Assembly: GCA_965195285.1 (NCBI GenBank)
Contig: CBDAFS010000012.1
Span: 1 to 64,000, forward strand
Direction of reading: 5' to 3'
Source of the DNA: an uncultured Aminicenantes bacterium
GTDB lineage: Bacteria; Acidobacteriota; Aminicenantia; UBA2199
DNA length: 64,000 bases
Positions 28,938 through 39,226 of this stretch are shown one piece after another. The position numbers were made by a program, and so were the translations under genes. The notes beneath the pieces were generated by a model. The model was not told the origin of the DNA. It worked only from the letters and a program-made list of their open reading frames with translations, and made no database searches. Numbering within the stretch: position 1 is the stretch's first letter; each line of letters starts with the position of its first letter.

Positions 28938-30469
28938 AAGGAATGATTCCGGTCAATGGTCCCTGAACGGATTCTGTTTTGATTCATCTCTTTTTTCAAC
29001 AGGATGATTTCCTGTTGCCACTTCTCCTCATTCCACTCAAACAGAGGCCTGATCTTCGCCAGTACCGAATCAATCCTCCGGGGATTGTCTCCGAGGGAGG
29101 TTCGCCTCAGTATCAGGTCACTCAGATGAATGACGGATTCGCTTTCCCGAATTCTTTTCAAAACCTCTGAATTCTCCGTTTCACCCGGCAGCCAGCCGTA
29201 TTCAAAAAAAGCATCCTCGGGTTGAAGGTGTTGGGAGAGTTCGGTGTCATCGGAACGGTTCAACTCCGGAAACATTTGATTCAGGGTTTTCTCAGCCACC
29301 AGACGGGAAGTGGTGTATTTCACACCGGAGATACTGAACAATCCCCGGGGGCCACGGGTAACGGAGTGATCGATGATGGTTTCCTTTACGGCCAGCCTGT
29401 CGTTTTCCCGGGCCGGCAGTATCCCGGCGTATACCCGGAGAATGTCTTTCTGGCTGAGGTCCAATCCCGGCACGGTTGAATTAATATCCCTGAGGAAATT
29501 TTCCAGGGCTGCCGGGGGAACCGTACATTCGCTGTCGCTGGGTTCCACCACCAGTTCACCGGTGCCGACCAGCAACCGGTTTTTCCAGTTATGAAAGAAA
29601 TAGGTGTGTTCCTTACCGTTTGAGCTGGTCAATCCCAGTGAATATTCGGACAGGGATTCCCGGTCAAAGAGGATGTTCCAGTTCAATAAGCGTTTGCGGA
29701 ACAGGTCGGGAAAATCCCGGTCAAAGCGGTTGGCCAACTCCCGGCTCCAGGGACCGGTGGCATTGATTACCACCGGAGCTGTGAACTCGAGCTGGTTACC
29801 CGATACCAGGTCCCGGGCCCGAACTCCCCGAACCTGCTGCTGAACCGTGACCAGGTCGGTTGCCTTCAGATAATTCAGGGCTGTGGCCCCGTTATGGATT
29901 GATATTTTCAGGATTCCCATGAACAAGCGTTGATATTCCTCGATACTGCCATCGTACCAAACCACCCCGCCTTTCAGGCCATTGGGGTCCACTCCGGGAA
30001 ATATTTTTTGAACGGCTTGGGGCCGGATGGTTCGGCTTCCGGGCAGCCGGTTATAGTCGGGCACATTTTTGTTGCGATTGAAAGATAATATGTCATTGAT
30101 CAGGGCTGCGATTTTTAATATACCCACCCGTTTCAATCCCTTCTGGTAAAGGGGCATGAGACAGGGCATGACCTTTACAAATTTCGGGTGATTCTGCATA
30201 AACCATTTTCGTTCACTGATTGATTCCCGGAAGCGCTTTATATCCAGGGTCTGCAGGTATCGAAGCCCGCCGTGGACAGTACGCAGGTGGTTTAAGCTGG
30301 TCTGTCCGCCAAAATCATTTTGCTCGATCAGCAGTGGTTTCAATTTTTTGCGCGTGGCTTCGAACAGTAGCATCAGTCCGTAGATTCCCCCGCCAATAAT
30401 GACCAGATCATACTTTTGGCGGGCCTGCTGCGCCGGGTTTCTCTCGATTTCAACCATTTTCATATCCAT
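28934..30469 (-). CDS. GlpD/GlpA-like FAD-dependent oxidoreductase
   Basis: IIGGGIYG, EQNDFGGQTS...HGGLRYLQ, INATGPW, YAGILP, GVKYTTSR, DLILRRT. Confidence 0.85.
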   Translation of the reverse strand: MDMKMVEIERNPAQQARQKYDLVIIGGGIYGLMLLFEATRKKLKPLLIEQNDFGGQTSLNHLRTVHGGLRYLQTLDIKRFRESISERKWFMQNHPKFVKVMPCLMPLYQKGLKRVGILKIAALINDILSFNRNKNVPDYNRLPGSRTIRPQAVQKIFPGVDPNGLKGGVVWYDGSIEEYQRLFMGILKISIHNGATALNYLKATDLVTVQQQVRGVRARDLVSGNQLEFTAPVVINATGPWSRELANRFDRDFPDLFRKRLLNWNILFDRESLSEYSLGLTSSNGKEHTYFFHNWKNRLLVGTGELVVEPSDSECTVPPAALENFLRDINSTVPGLDLSQKDILRVYAGILPARENDRLAVKETIIDHSVTRGPRGLFSISGVKYTTSRLVAEKTLNQMFPELNRSDDTELSQHLQPEDAFFEYGWLPGETENSEVLKRIRESESVIHLSDLILRRTSLGDNPRRIDSVLAKIRPLFEWNEEKWQQEIILLKKEMNQNRIRSGTIDRNHSF

Positions 30470-30475
30470 TTATTA

Positions 30476-31222
30476 TCACCTTTTTTTAATAACCCTGGCC
30501 GGAGAGCCGGCTGCAACAGAAAAAGACGGAATGGATTTTAATACCAGGGAGGCGGCCCCGATAATTGATCCTTTACCGATTTTAACTCCATCGAGAATGG
30601 TTGTTGAGGCTCCAATCCAGATATCGTCTTCGATGATGATTCCCCCCTTGGAAATGGAGGGTTGAAACCAGATGGGTATATCCCTTTTCTCAAAACTATG
30701 ATTCCCTCCTGCGATCAGGTAGGAATGTCCGGCCGTAAAAACATACTTCCCGATTTTCATGAAACTTTCCGAAATCAGGGTGTTGTTGGGTCCGATATTG
30801 GAAAAATCACCGACCTCGATATCACCGCCCTTGCAGCTGATAATGGTATTTCTACCGATCAGCACATTGTTGCCCACCACGATTCCCCTGTTGTCCTTGC
30901 CTTTGGCATCGAGAACCGTATTGTCGTCGAAAATAACCCCGTTCCCGATTTCAATCTTCCCGGGATGTCTGATGGTCATATGTTTCCCGAATACCACTCC
31001 TTTACCTGTTTTTTTAAACAGGCTGGGGAAAAAGAGTTTTCTGAAAAACAATCCAAGGCTCCCCGGAATTCCCGAGAAGAGGGTGATGATCAATTCATAT
31101 TTCAAAAGGGAAAAAAGGGAAACATCTCCCAGATAGAGGTTCTTGTATTTGGAAATCATTCCCTTTTTCCGGTCCAGTAAAAATTTTTGATCTCCGATGA
31201 ATTTGTCTTCTTTTTTGCTCAT
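30476..31222 (-). CDS. Left-handed beta-helix (hexapeptide) sugar O-acyltransferase
   Basis: Hexapeptide repeats; GNH; IEDDIWIGA..TILDGVKIG..SIIGA..LV; AGSPARVIK. Confidence 0.9.
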   Translation of the reverse strand: MSKKEDKFIGDQKFLLDRKKGMISKYKNLYLGDVSLFSLLKYELIITLFSGIPGSLGLFFRKLFFPSLFKKTGKGVVFGKHMTIRHPGKIEIGNGVIFDDNTVLDAKGKDNRGIVVGNNVLIGRNTIISCKGGDIEVGDFSNIGPNNTLISESFMKIGKYVFTAGHSYLIAGGNHSFEKRDIPIWFQPSISKGGIIIEDDIWIGASTTILDGVKIGKGSIIGAASLVLKSIPSFSVAAGSPARVIKKR

Positions 31223-31228
31223 CGGCAT

Positions 31229-31257
31229 ATTTTAAATCAATTTGAGGTTAAATTCAA
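31229..31257 (-). promoter_or_regulatory. sigma70 promoter, leaderless geometry
   Basis: TTGAAT-17-TAAAAT-6 nt-ATG(31222, MSKKED). Confidence 0.55.
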
Positions 31258-31469
31258 TAATCATTGATAATTATTCCGGTTGATACGGGTTCAAAATTCT
31301 GGTGGCCAGGTCATTTGTACAAGCCAGTGAACCGGGTCAGTCCTGGAGTTTGATTGATTTTTTTGTTTTATGTGGTATAATCTTTTTTTCATTTAATCTG
31401 AGTATTTCATAGCTCCCGGGTATCGGATAATAAAAAAATGAGGATGTTGACCTTTATAATTTGGCAATA

Positions 31470-32828
31470 ATGGTAGATAAAACTGTTGAAAACAAAAAGA
31501 GAAAATCCCTGACCATTCTGGGCGGGGGCCCCGGTGGCCTGGCAGCCGGATATTTTGCCAGAAAAAAGGATGTTCCCTTTGTGATTTATGAAGCGGAAAA
31601 GCGGGCCGGGGGCAACTGTATTACCCTTCAGCACAGTGAATTTTATTTTGATTCCGGAGCTCACCGTTTTCATGATAAAATTCCGGAAATCACCCGGGAA
31701 ATCAAGGCGTTGATGGAAGATGACCTGATTAATATCAGTGTTCCCAGCCAGATCTATTTCAACAAAAAACTGGTGGATTTTCCACTTTCCCCTTTGAATC
31801 TGTTGAAAAACTTGGGGTTGTTTTCCTTTATCAAGGCCGGTTTTGAAGTGATTGGCGGAAAGTTGAAAAAGAAGGATACCGGGGACAATTTTGAAAGTTT
31901 TGCCCTGAAAACCTATGGGAGGACCATTGCCAGTCTTTTTCTCCTGAATTATTCAAAAAAATTGTGGGGGGCTCCCTGTAACCGCTTATCGGCCAATGTC
32001 TCGGGCAAGCGGATGAAGGGCCTGGATTTAAAAACCTTTTTAAAAGAGGCGCTTCATGGAAGTAAGACCAAGACCGAGCATCTGGACGGTTCGTTTTTTT
32101 ATCCCCGCACCCCGGGCATCGGTGCTATTACCGATCGGCTGGAAAGATTTTGCGATTCCGGGAATATCAAAAAAAATGCCCGGATTACCAGGGTTTTTCA
32201 TGCCGCGGACCGTATTCGGGCAGTTGAGATAAACGGGAAACAAAGGATCGATACCGAATACGTAATCAGCACCCTGCCGATCAACCGGTTTATACTGATG
32301 ATGGATCCCCCTCCTGATCCGGAAATCATGGAATTGGCCAAGAGCCTTCGCTTTAGAAATATTATCCTGGTTGCCCTTTTTCTGAACCTGGATTCCATCA
32401 ACCGGGCAGCCACGGTGTATTTCCCGGGTGATGAGTTTCCCTTCACCCGCATGTACGAGGCCAGAAATAGAAATCCTCTCATGTCTCCCCTGGAAAAAAC
32501 ATCGGCTGTGGTTGAGATCCCCTGTCAATTGGGAGACCGCTACTGGAATATGGATGATCAATTGCTGGTGAAGATGGTCAGGGATAAACTGGTTGAAGCG
32601 GGATTGTTTAAAGATAGCCAGGTGATCGATTCAGCCGTCTACCGGATGTCCGATGCCTATCCGATTTTGGAAATCGGTGTGGATGTGAAAATCGAAAAAA
32701 TCTTTGCTTTTTTAAACCGGTTTAAAAATTTGCGGATCTCCGGCCGCAATGGCCGGTTTTTATATACCCATGTTCATGATATGATGCAATTTGGCAAGAA
32801 TATCATGGCAGATTATCCTTTTGAATGA
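31470..32828 (+). CDS. FAD-dependent oxidoreductase of the HemY/UDP-galactopyranose-mutase-like type found in glycan loci
   Basis: ILGGGPGGLAAG, DSGAHRFH, YSKKLWG, AYP, GRNGRFLY. Confidence 0.8.
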   Translation: MVDKTVENKKRKSLTILGGGPGGLAAGYFARKKDVPFVIYEAEKRAGGNCITLQHSEFYFDSGAHRFHDKIPEITREIKALMEDDLINISVPSQIYFNKKLVDFPLSPLNLLKNLGLFSFIKAGFEVIGGKLKKKDTGDNFESFALKTYGRTIASLFLLNYSKKLWGAPCNRLSANVSGKRMKGLDLKTFLKEALHGSKTKTEHLDGSFFYPRTPGIGAITDRLERFCDSGNIKKNARITRVFHAADRIRAVEINGKQRIDTEYVISTLPINRFILMMDPPPDPEIMELAKSLRFRNIILVALFLNLDSINRAATVYFPGDEFPFTRMYEARNRNPLMSPLEKTSAVVEIPCQLGDRYWNMDDQLLVKMVRDKLVEAGLFKDSQVIDSAVYRMSDAYPILEIGVDVKIEKIFAFLNRFKNLRISGRNGRFLYTHVHDMMQFGKNIMADYPFE

Positions 32829-32863
32829 TAAAACGGAGCTGAAAGGTCTCGGCAGGATACAAG

Positions 32864-34780
32864 ATGTGTGGTATTGCTGGTGTTTTAAAATTAGATCAAG
32901 CCAAGTGCAATTTTCCCGATAACATTGTTATCGATATGGTCAATACCATCCGGCACCGGGGACCAGATTATACCGGTACTCACTGGAATGGTCCCTGCGG
33001 GCTGGGCCATTCGCGGTTGAGTATCATTGACTTAAGTCCGGCAGCCCGGCAGCCCATGTCCAATGAAAACGGAACGGTTTTTATTGCCTATAATGGAGAA
33101 GTTTACAATTTCAGGGATCTGCGTGCATCTTTCGGGCTGGACCAAAAGGGGCATCATTTCAAATCCAGTTCGGATACCGAGGTCATTATACATCTGTATG
33201 AGGAAAGGGGCATTGATTGTCTTTCTGAGCTGAACGGGATGTTTGCCTTTGCCCTGTGGGACAGCCGTCAGAAAACCCTTTATCTGGCCCGGGACCCCTT
33301 TGGCATTAAACCGCTGTTTTATACCCAGCATGACGGTGCTTTTTGGTTTGCCAGCGAGATCAAGGCCCTGTTGAAGATCCCCGGATTTTCACCGGGCCCG
33401 AATCTTGAAGCTTTCTATCATTACCTTTCTTTTGATTATATACCGGGTAAACATACGGCTTTTCAAAATATTCATGAGCTGCGGCCCGGACACCTGTTAA
33501 CCGTACAATGCCAGCCGAACCGGGTATCGGAAAGGCGCTATTTCGACATTCAATATGAGGTGAACCACGGCTTAACCGAAAAGGAAGCCGTGGAACGGAC
33601 CCGGCATTTCTGCTATGAGGCGGTTGAACGGCATTTGATATCGGATGTTCCGGTGGGGGTCATGCTGTCAGGTGGGCTTGATTCCAGTTCCTTGACCGTA
33701 TTGATGGCGGAAATCCGGGGGGATGCCGATTTCCACACCTTTTCTCTGGCCTTTGATGAATCAAGCTTTGATGAATCCCATTATGCCCGGTACCTGGCCC
33801 AGAGTGCTGGAACCATCCATCATGAGATACAGGTTACTCCCCAGAAGGTGGCCCGGCTGCTTCCAAAATATTTGACTTTTATCGATGAACCGTATGCAGA
33901 CGGTTCAGCCATCCCCACCTATCTGCTGGCAGAAGAGGCCCGGAAATTTGTGACCGTCCTGCTGTCCGGAGAAGGGGGTGATGAGTTTTTCAGCGGTTAC
34001 GACACCCATATGGCCTTTAAGGTCAGGCGGTTGTACCGCCGGATTCCGGCCCTGGTCAGACAGAAATTAATTGCTCCCCTGGTGAATCGGTTGCCGGTAT
34101 CCCACCGAAAACTGAGCCTTGAGTTCAAGGCAAAACGGTTTATTCAGGGCGCCGAACTGGATATTCCCAATTCTCACTTTTTCTGGAGGCTGGTGTTATC
34201 AGAGGCGGCCAAAAAAAAAATACTGGCTGACGAATCACTGTTCAGCCATATACAGCCATCAGCCGTTTTTTTCGAACAGGCTTATCAACAGTGCGGAGCA
34301 GAGGATGATTTGAACCGGTTGCTATACATTGATTACCGTTACCATCTGCCGGATGATCTGATGATCAAAAATGACCGCATGACCATGGCCCATTCGATGG
34401 AGGCCCGGGTTCCATTCACTGACCGGAACCTGGTCCAGTTTCTTTCAACCGTACCGGTTGATATCAAATTCAAGGGGTGGAACAAGAAGTATCTGTTGAA
34501 GGCAGCTTTAAAAGATAAACTGCCAGCAAAGATATTGAATAAGAAAAAAATCGGTCTGGAAATGCCCTACTCAAAATGGATGCTGACCGAACTTCGAGAC
34601 CTGTTCGAATACGTTCTGTCTCCGCAGAGTCTGAAGATGACCGGATTTATTGATCCGAAAGGGGTAGGGCAACTGTGGGAAGAGCATAAGGCCAAGAAAG
34701 TGGATCATGGACGGGCATTGTGGGGTCTGGCCAATTATATGTTCTGGTACAAGATTTATATGGCCGGGGAGTCCTTTTAA
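32864..34780 (+). CDS. asnB: AsnB-family glutamine amidotransferase (probably glycan amidation)
   Basis: MCGIAG, HRGPD, RLSIID, NGEVYN, SDTE, LSGGLDSS, SGEGGDE, EARVPF. Confidence 0.92.
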   Translation: MCGIAGVLKLDQAKCNFPDNIVIDMVNTIRHRGPDYTGTHWNGPCGLGHSRLSIIDLSPAARQPMSNENGTVFIAYNGEVYNFRDLRASFGLDQKGHHFKSSSDTEVIIHLYEERGIDCLSELNGMFAFALWDSRQKTLYLARDPFGIKPLFYTQHDGAFWFASEIKALLKIPGFSPGPNLEAFYHYLSFDYIPGKHTAFQNIHELRPGHLLTVQCQPNRVSERRYFDIQYEVNHGLTEKEAVERTRHFCYEAVERHLISDVPVGVMLSGGLDSSSLTVLMAEIRGDADFHTFSLAFDESSFDESHYARYLAQSAGTIHHEIQVTPQKVARLLPKYLTFIDEPYADGSAIPTYLLAEEARKFVTVLLSGEGGDEFFSGYDTHMAFKVRRLYRRIPALVRQKLIAPLVNRLPVSHRKLSLEFKAKRFIQGAELDIPNSHFFWRLVLSEAAKKKILADESLFSHIQPSAVFFEQAYQQCGAEDDLNRLLYIDYRYHLPDDLMIKNDRMTMAHSMEARVPFTDRNLVQFLSTVPVDIKFKGWNKKYLLKAALKDKLPAKILNKKKIGLEMPYSKWMLTELRDLFEYVLSPQSLKMTGFIDPKGVGQLWEEHKAKKVDHGRALWGLANYMFWYKIYMAGESF

Positions 34781-34789
34781 GGTGATCTG

Positions 34790-35215
34790 ATGATAAAGAA
34801 CAAAATCAGAAAGGTGCTGATGCTCCAGAAAACCGATAATTTCATTATCCAGTTTTTTCGTTATGGTTTTGCCGGCGGAGTAGCCTTTGTGGTTGACTTC
34901 AGCCTGCTATATTTTCTGACCGAATACCTGCACATCTACTATTTGATTTCAGCGGCCCTGTCTTTCATTCCGGGATTGCTGGTGAATTACCTGCTGAGTG
35001 TTCACTGGGTATTCAATAAACGGGTCCTGAAAAATCGATCCGCGGAATTCATTTTTTTTACCCTGATCGGACTGGGAGGGCTGGGATTCAATGAATTTTT
35101 CATGTGGTTTTTTACCGATGTGGTCGGTTTCTATTACCTGATTTCTAAAATTATTTCAACGGCCCTGGGTTATCTGTGGAATTTTTTTGCAAAAAAATAC
35201 TTCCTTTTCAGATAA
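34790..35215 (+). CDS. GtrA-family lipid-linked sugar flippase
   Basis: 141 aa, 4 TMs; QFFRY..AGG...VDF; NYLLS..WVF; WNFF..K...F. Confidence 0.88.
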   Translation: MIKNKIRKVLMLQKTDNFIIQFFRYGFAGGVAFVVDFSLLYFLTEYLHIYYLISAALSFIPGLLVNYLLSVHWVFNKRVLKNRSAEFIFFTLIGLGGLGFNEFFMWFFTDVVGFYYLISKIISTALGYLWNFFAKKYFLFR

Positions 35216-35239
35216 TCGTCAAATCATACAAAAAGTTTT

Positions 35240-36919
35240 TCAACCTGATTTATTTGCCTTTTGGTCTATGGAATCTGGTTTTAGTAGGATGGGAATTAAG
35301 AATAGGGAGAGGTAGTAGATAAAATCAAGTGGGTAGGATAGTCTGACATCAGAGAAACTGGATATGGAAATCACCACTCCATGGAGCAGAGCGGAGCCGG
35401 TCAGGACAAACATGAAAAATGCTCCCCGGTGATGAAATCGGGTAACCAGTGTTTTAATGGAACTGAAGATAAAAGAGAAAAAAAAGAAGAAAATCCATAG
35501 TTTGTTGTGGAATAGCGGTTGATGAATTTTTAGAAAACCATTATGAACTTTTTGAAGAAAATGTAATTTCAGGGTTTTGAGTCTGAGCTGACTTTTTTGG
35601 GCAGGTGGCAGTATCCTTAAGTCCCAATATTCCTTTAATAGATTTTTAACGTATTCCTGATCAATGGTTTTAATGTATTCGTTTTTATAGTACAACCGAA
35701 GAGTATTAGGAGCCCTGTATTTGTAAAAACGTATATATCTTTCCTTAAGCAGAAGTGTACTTCGGTATCTTCCCAGCAAGCGAGTATAAAAATTGATGTT
35801 TTTCTTTCTTAAAAAGTACCGGTTTAAATTGGCATAAAAAAATTTTAAATAAATATCCGGGTGCTCACGGATGGTGTCCCAGGCGACTTTTTTTAGAACA
35901 GGTCTCCATTTCATGTAGAGGTTGTCGGCATTTTTATCTTCAAAAGATTTCAGGGTTTGAAAAATGATTCTCCGGTTACGATTGTAATGTCTGTGGAGAA
36001 TATGACCCAGTGGTTTGGGATCCCAGGAATTTTTTATGATTTTTTTTTTATACGGACTTATGCGGTTGAGGTTTTTTTCGATTGCCCGGTTTACCTGGGG
36101 GCTGTAGCCGGGATTTTTTTCCAGGAAGGTTGAAGTGAATGAAATTAATGCATGTTCGGTGAATGTGGATATGGCAAACGATCCGATGGTAAAATAATTA
36201 TATATGCATAAAAGAATCAGCGGGGTGACAAATGAGATTGAAAATAACAGAATGAGTTTTTTTTTATAGGCATTGAGAAATAAAAAAAGCAGAATAGCCA
36301 GGAATAATGGCACCAGAAACAAGCCGGAAGGTCGAATAAGAATCACCATTGCCATTGTGATTCCGCAACATACCCAGTACATTCTGTTCTGACAATAAAT
36401 GGCTAAAAGAAGAAAACTGAAGAATAGAAGAATTGTATTGATGTAAATGCTTTCTGTTGCCAGAGCAGTGTCAAGGCAAAGGTGGATGGATAAGGAGATA
36501 AAGGCTCCCAGACCGATGGCGGCCAATAGGGTAAGGTATTTCCATTTTTTTCCGAAGATTTTGTTAATCACGAAAATGAAAAATAAAGAGCTGAATAAGG
36601 TGAATAGATTTTGTACAACAATAACGGCTAAGTTGCTCTTGAAAAAGATAAATATAAATGACAGAAAAAGGGGATAACCGGGAGTTCGAATGTTGAAGGT
36701 GGGCATGAAACCTTTATCGATTTGATCTACAATCATATAGTAGTGTTGGTAATCAGGGGAGAGCAAGTAAATGGAATCATAGAGGAAAAAGGGAAGCCTG
36801 GTGATCAGGAAAAACAAAGAAAAGATAAAATAAGCCAGGAACAGAATCCTGTTTCTACTGAACTGTTCCTTGATATAGTGAATGGCTCCGGCCCGGGTGT
36901 GATTGACGATTTCATTCAT
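35240..36919 (-). CDS. GT-C fold membrane glycosyltransferase-like protein
   Basis: SPDYQHY after TM1, RTPGYPLFL, ATESIY, LIRP, ~12 TMs; AT-rich. Confidence 0.7.
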   Translation of the reverse strand: MNEIVNHTRAGAIHYIKEQFSRNRILFLAYFIFSLFFLITRLPFFLYDSIYLLSPDYQHYYMIVDQIDKGFMPTFNIRTPGYPLFLSFIFIFFKSNLAVIVVQNLFTLFSSLFFIFVINKIFGKKWKYLTLLAAIGLGAFISLSIHLCLDTALATESIYINTILLFFSFLLLAIYCQNRMYWVCCGITMAMVILIRPSGLFLVPLFLAILLFLFLNAYKKKLILLFSISFVTPLILLCIYNYFTIGSFAISTFTEHALISFTSTFLEKNPGYSPQVNRAIEKNLNRISPYKKKIIKNSWDPKPLGHILHRHYNRNRRIIFQTLKSFEDKNADNLYMKWRPVLKKVAWDTIREHPDIYLKFFYANLNRYFLRKKNINFYTRLLGRYRSTLLLKERYIRFYKYRAPNTLRLYYKNEYIKTIDQEYVKNLLKEYWDLRILPPAQKSQLRLKTLKLHFLQKVHNGFLKIHQPLFHNKLWIFFFFFSFIFSSIKTLVTRFHHRGAFFMFVLTGSALLHGVVISISSFSDVRLSYPLDFIYYLSLFLIPILLKPDSIDQKANKSG

Positions 36920-37032
36920 GTTTTTTGTTTTCCAAGTTGAGAAGATTTTAGCATTGGGATTGATAAAGATCAAGTTCGATAACGGTCAAATTAACGATTT
37001 CCGGGAAATGGCCGACAATTTTAATAATAAAA

Positions 37033-37061
37033 TTGACGGCGGTGTTATTTTTTGTTAACAT
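37033..37061 (+). promoter_or_regulatory. sigma70 promoter, very short leader
   Basis: TTGACG-17-(TGn)TAACAT, 13 nt to ATG 37075; no SD. Confidence 0.55.
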
Positions 37062-37074
37062 TTAATCTAATCAC

Positions 37075-38412
37075 ATGAAACGCAGAGATTTTGTTCAAAA
37101 ATCCTTACTGGTTACCTCTGGTCTGGCCGCGGCCCATTGCGGGATCCGGACCACTGAAAAAACCCGGGTGGTGATTCTGGGTTTTGACGGAGCCAACTGG
37201 CCCACCATTGATCCGTTGCTAAAAAAAGGAAAGTTACCCTATCTGGAACAATTAAAAAAAGACAGTGCCTGGGCCTATTTTAAAACCTGTAAACCCGCTA
37301 AATCAAATGTGGTATGGAGCAGTATTGCCTCCGGGAAAAATATGATGAAACATGGGATCATGGATTTTACCTTTCTCAGGAAAAGTGGAATCAAAGTCCC
37401 GTATTCCAAGTCAGAAAGAATGGCTCCCATGATCTGGCAGATTCTCGATGAATTCCGGCGGCGAAGTATGGTGATCAACTGGTGGGTATCCCACCCTCCT
37501 GACCCCATCAACGGAGTGATGATTTCCGATTATTTCCGGCTGGTGTTCAGGCGTAGGCCTGATAAGCTCAATGAGTTTAAAGAATCCATTCACCCGGCCT
37601 CCTATTTCCGGCTTTTCAGAAAAATGGTTGAAAGAAACAACTACAGAGCCATTTTGAAGCAGACCGGATTGGCGGATTTTCCGGCCCTGTTCTATGAAAA
37701 ATATCCCGGGGGAAATATCAAACGGACCGTCACCCTGAAAAACTACCCCGGATTCGTTGAGCAGGACTACCTGATTGAACGGGCATCCTGGTACCTGTAC
37801 AATAAGGAAAAGTTTGATTTTTTTGCTACCTATTTCAGGTTACCGGATATAGCCCAGCATTCGGTGACCCATTTGATGGACAGACAGTTTAAAAAGAAAT
37901 TGATATCGGCATTTAAGACCAATACGGTCACCCAGTCAATGATTGATGAAGCGGTGCTTCAGGTATCGGATATACTTGAATCGGTTTACCGTCATATGGA
38001 AAAAACCATCAAGGATTATATCACCCATGAAAAAAACAGGAATACGACTTTTTTAATCATGTCGGATCATGGATTTTCGTTTTATCCGGGCGGATACAAT
38101 CATTATGGTCTTCCGGATGATTATCCGGCTCCGGACGGCATGCTCATGGTTCACGGTCCTGGAGTGAAAAAAGGCAGAATAGAAGAGGCCTCCATATTTG
38201 ATATCGCTCCTACCATTTTATACCTGCTGAATCACCCGGTAGGCCAGGACATGGATGGCCGGCCTTTAAAAGAGATATTTCAATTTAAACGCCAGGTCAA
38301 ATACAAACGCTATACCCTGAAAAAAGATCCGTCCAAGAGTCGGAATCGAGCCTATGATGAAGAGAGCCTCAGAGAACTTAAATCCCTGGGGTACATTTCC
38401 TCAGAGAAATAA
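37075..38412 (+). CDS. Alkaline phosphatase superfamily (type I phosphodiesterase/NPP-like) protein; Tat (lipo)protein
   Basis: MKRRDFVQK twin-Arg signal, AAAHC; GFDGA, KSNVVWSSIASG (Ser nucleophile), PDIAQH, SDHGF, DIAPT, LKSLGY. Confidence 0.85.
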   Translation: MKRRDFVQKSLLVTSGLAAAHCGIRTTEKTRVVILGFDGANWPTIDPLLKKGKLPYLEQLKKDSAWAYFKTCKPAKSNVVWSSIASGKNMMKHGIMDFTFLRKSGIKVPYSKSERMAPMIWQILDEFRRRSMVINWWVSHPPDPINGVMISDYFRLVFRRRPDKLNEFKESIHPASYFRLFRKMVERNNYRAILKQTGLADFPALFYEKYPGGNIKRTVTLKNYPGFVEQDYLIERASWYLYNKEKFDFFATYFRLPDIAQHSVTHLMDRQFKKKLISAFKTNTVTQSMIDEAVLQVSDILESVYRHMEKTIKDYITHEKNRNTTFLIMSDHGFSFYPGGYNHYGLPDDYPAPDGMLMVHGPGVKKGRIEEASIFDIAPTILYLLNHPVGQDMDGRPLKEIFQFKRQVKYKRYTLKKDPSKSRNRAYDEESLRELKSLGYISSEK

Positions 38413-39226
38413 GCCGAATCGGTTCGGCAAGCCCGGGCGGGTCTCGATTTCTTATTTCCTCATTCCACTCCTGATGCTGAGCATCTGGTCGGGTTGCGGA
38501 AACCCTGATGCTTACCAGATATTAGATACCCCTCATCAGGTCATTGATCAGTGGGGAAAAGCCAGGATTTATACGGTCTACCGGCCACCGGGCCAAAAAA
38601 AACTTCCCCTGATGGTCTATTTTCACGGTGTGATGTCAGAGGGATTCAAAAGCATTCCCGCGCTGAAGAAATACACCGGCAGCCCGGTAGAAGAGACCGG
38701 ATTGATTGAGTTCTGCAAACGCCGGGATATTATTTTGCTGGTTCCCCGATCAGCGTATCACTACACTTTTTTAAATCAAGAGGCCACCGGCTGGTTGCCA
38801 TTTAATAAAGAAATCGATGGAATCGAAAAAATGATTGATCTGGTGGTTGAAAAATACCCGGTTTCTTCAAATGATATTTACCTGGTGGGGATTTCTGCCG
38901 GCGCAGGGATGTGTCACCACCTGGCCAATCATCGACCGGATTTTTATAATACCATCCTCTCTCATTCTCAGGGTTATGTTGGCCAGGATGACATCCTCTT
39001 AAAGCCAAAGCTAAAAGGCCCTCGATTCGGAGTGGTTTTTTGCTTTACCAGAGGAGATTATGATAATTTGATTGATATATGTATCCAATCAGAAAAAATA
39101 TACCGGAAATCTGGCTACCGGACTGTTCTTTTAAAAAATTTACCTCCAAAAAGCCATAGCTGGTCAAGGGAGAGTAATCGCAGATTCTGGAGGTATATGC
39201 AAAATGTTGGAAGAAAACAGAACTAA
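38354..39226 (+). CDS. Alpha/beta hydrolase (PHB depolymerase/esterase-like), probable lipoprotein
   Basis: WSGC lipobox; PLMVYFHG; GISAG elbow; GDYD; HSW. Start uncertain; 59-nt overlap with the upstream gene. Confidence 0.75.
   Translation: MMKRASENLNPWGTFPQRNKPNRFGKPGRVSISYFLIPLLMLSIWSGCGNPDAYQILDTPHQVIDQWGKARIYTVYRPPGQKKLPLMVYFHGVMSEGFKSIPALKKYTGSPVEETGLIEFCKRRDIILLVPRSAYHYTFLNQEATGWLPFNKEIDGIEKMIDLVVEKYPVSSNDIYLVGISAGAGMCHHLANHRPDFYNTILSHSQGYVGQDDILLKPKLKGPRFGVVFCFTRGDYDNLIDICIQSEKIYRKSGYRTVLLKNLPPKSHSWSRESNRRFWRYMQNVGRKQN

Noticed and set aside
31229-31469. JUMPstart/ops element or riboswitch in the divergent region of the glycan locus
   Set aside because: No GGCGGTAG ops motif or convincing structured RNA; only sigma70-like boxes.
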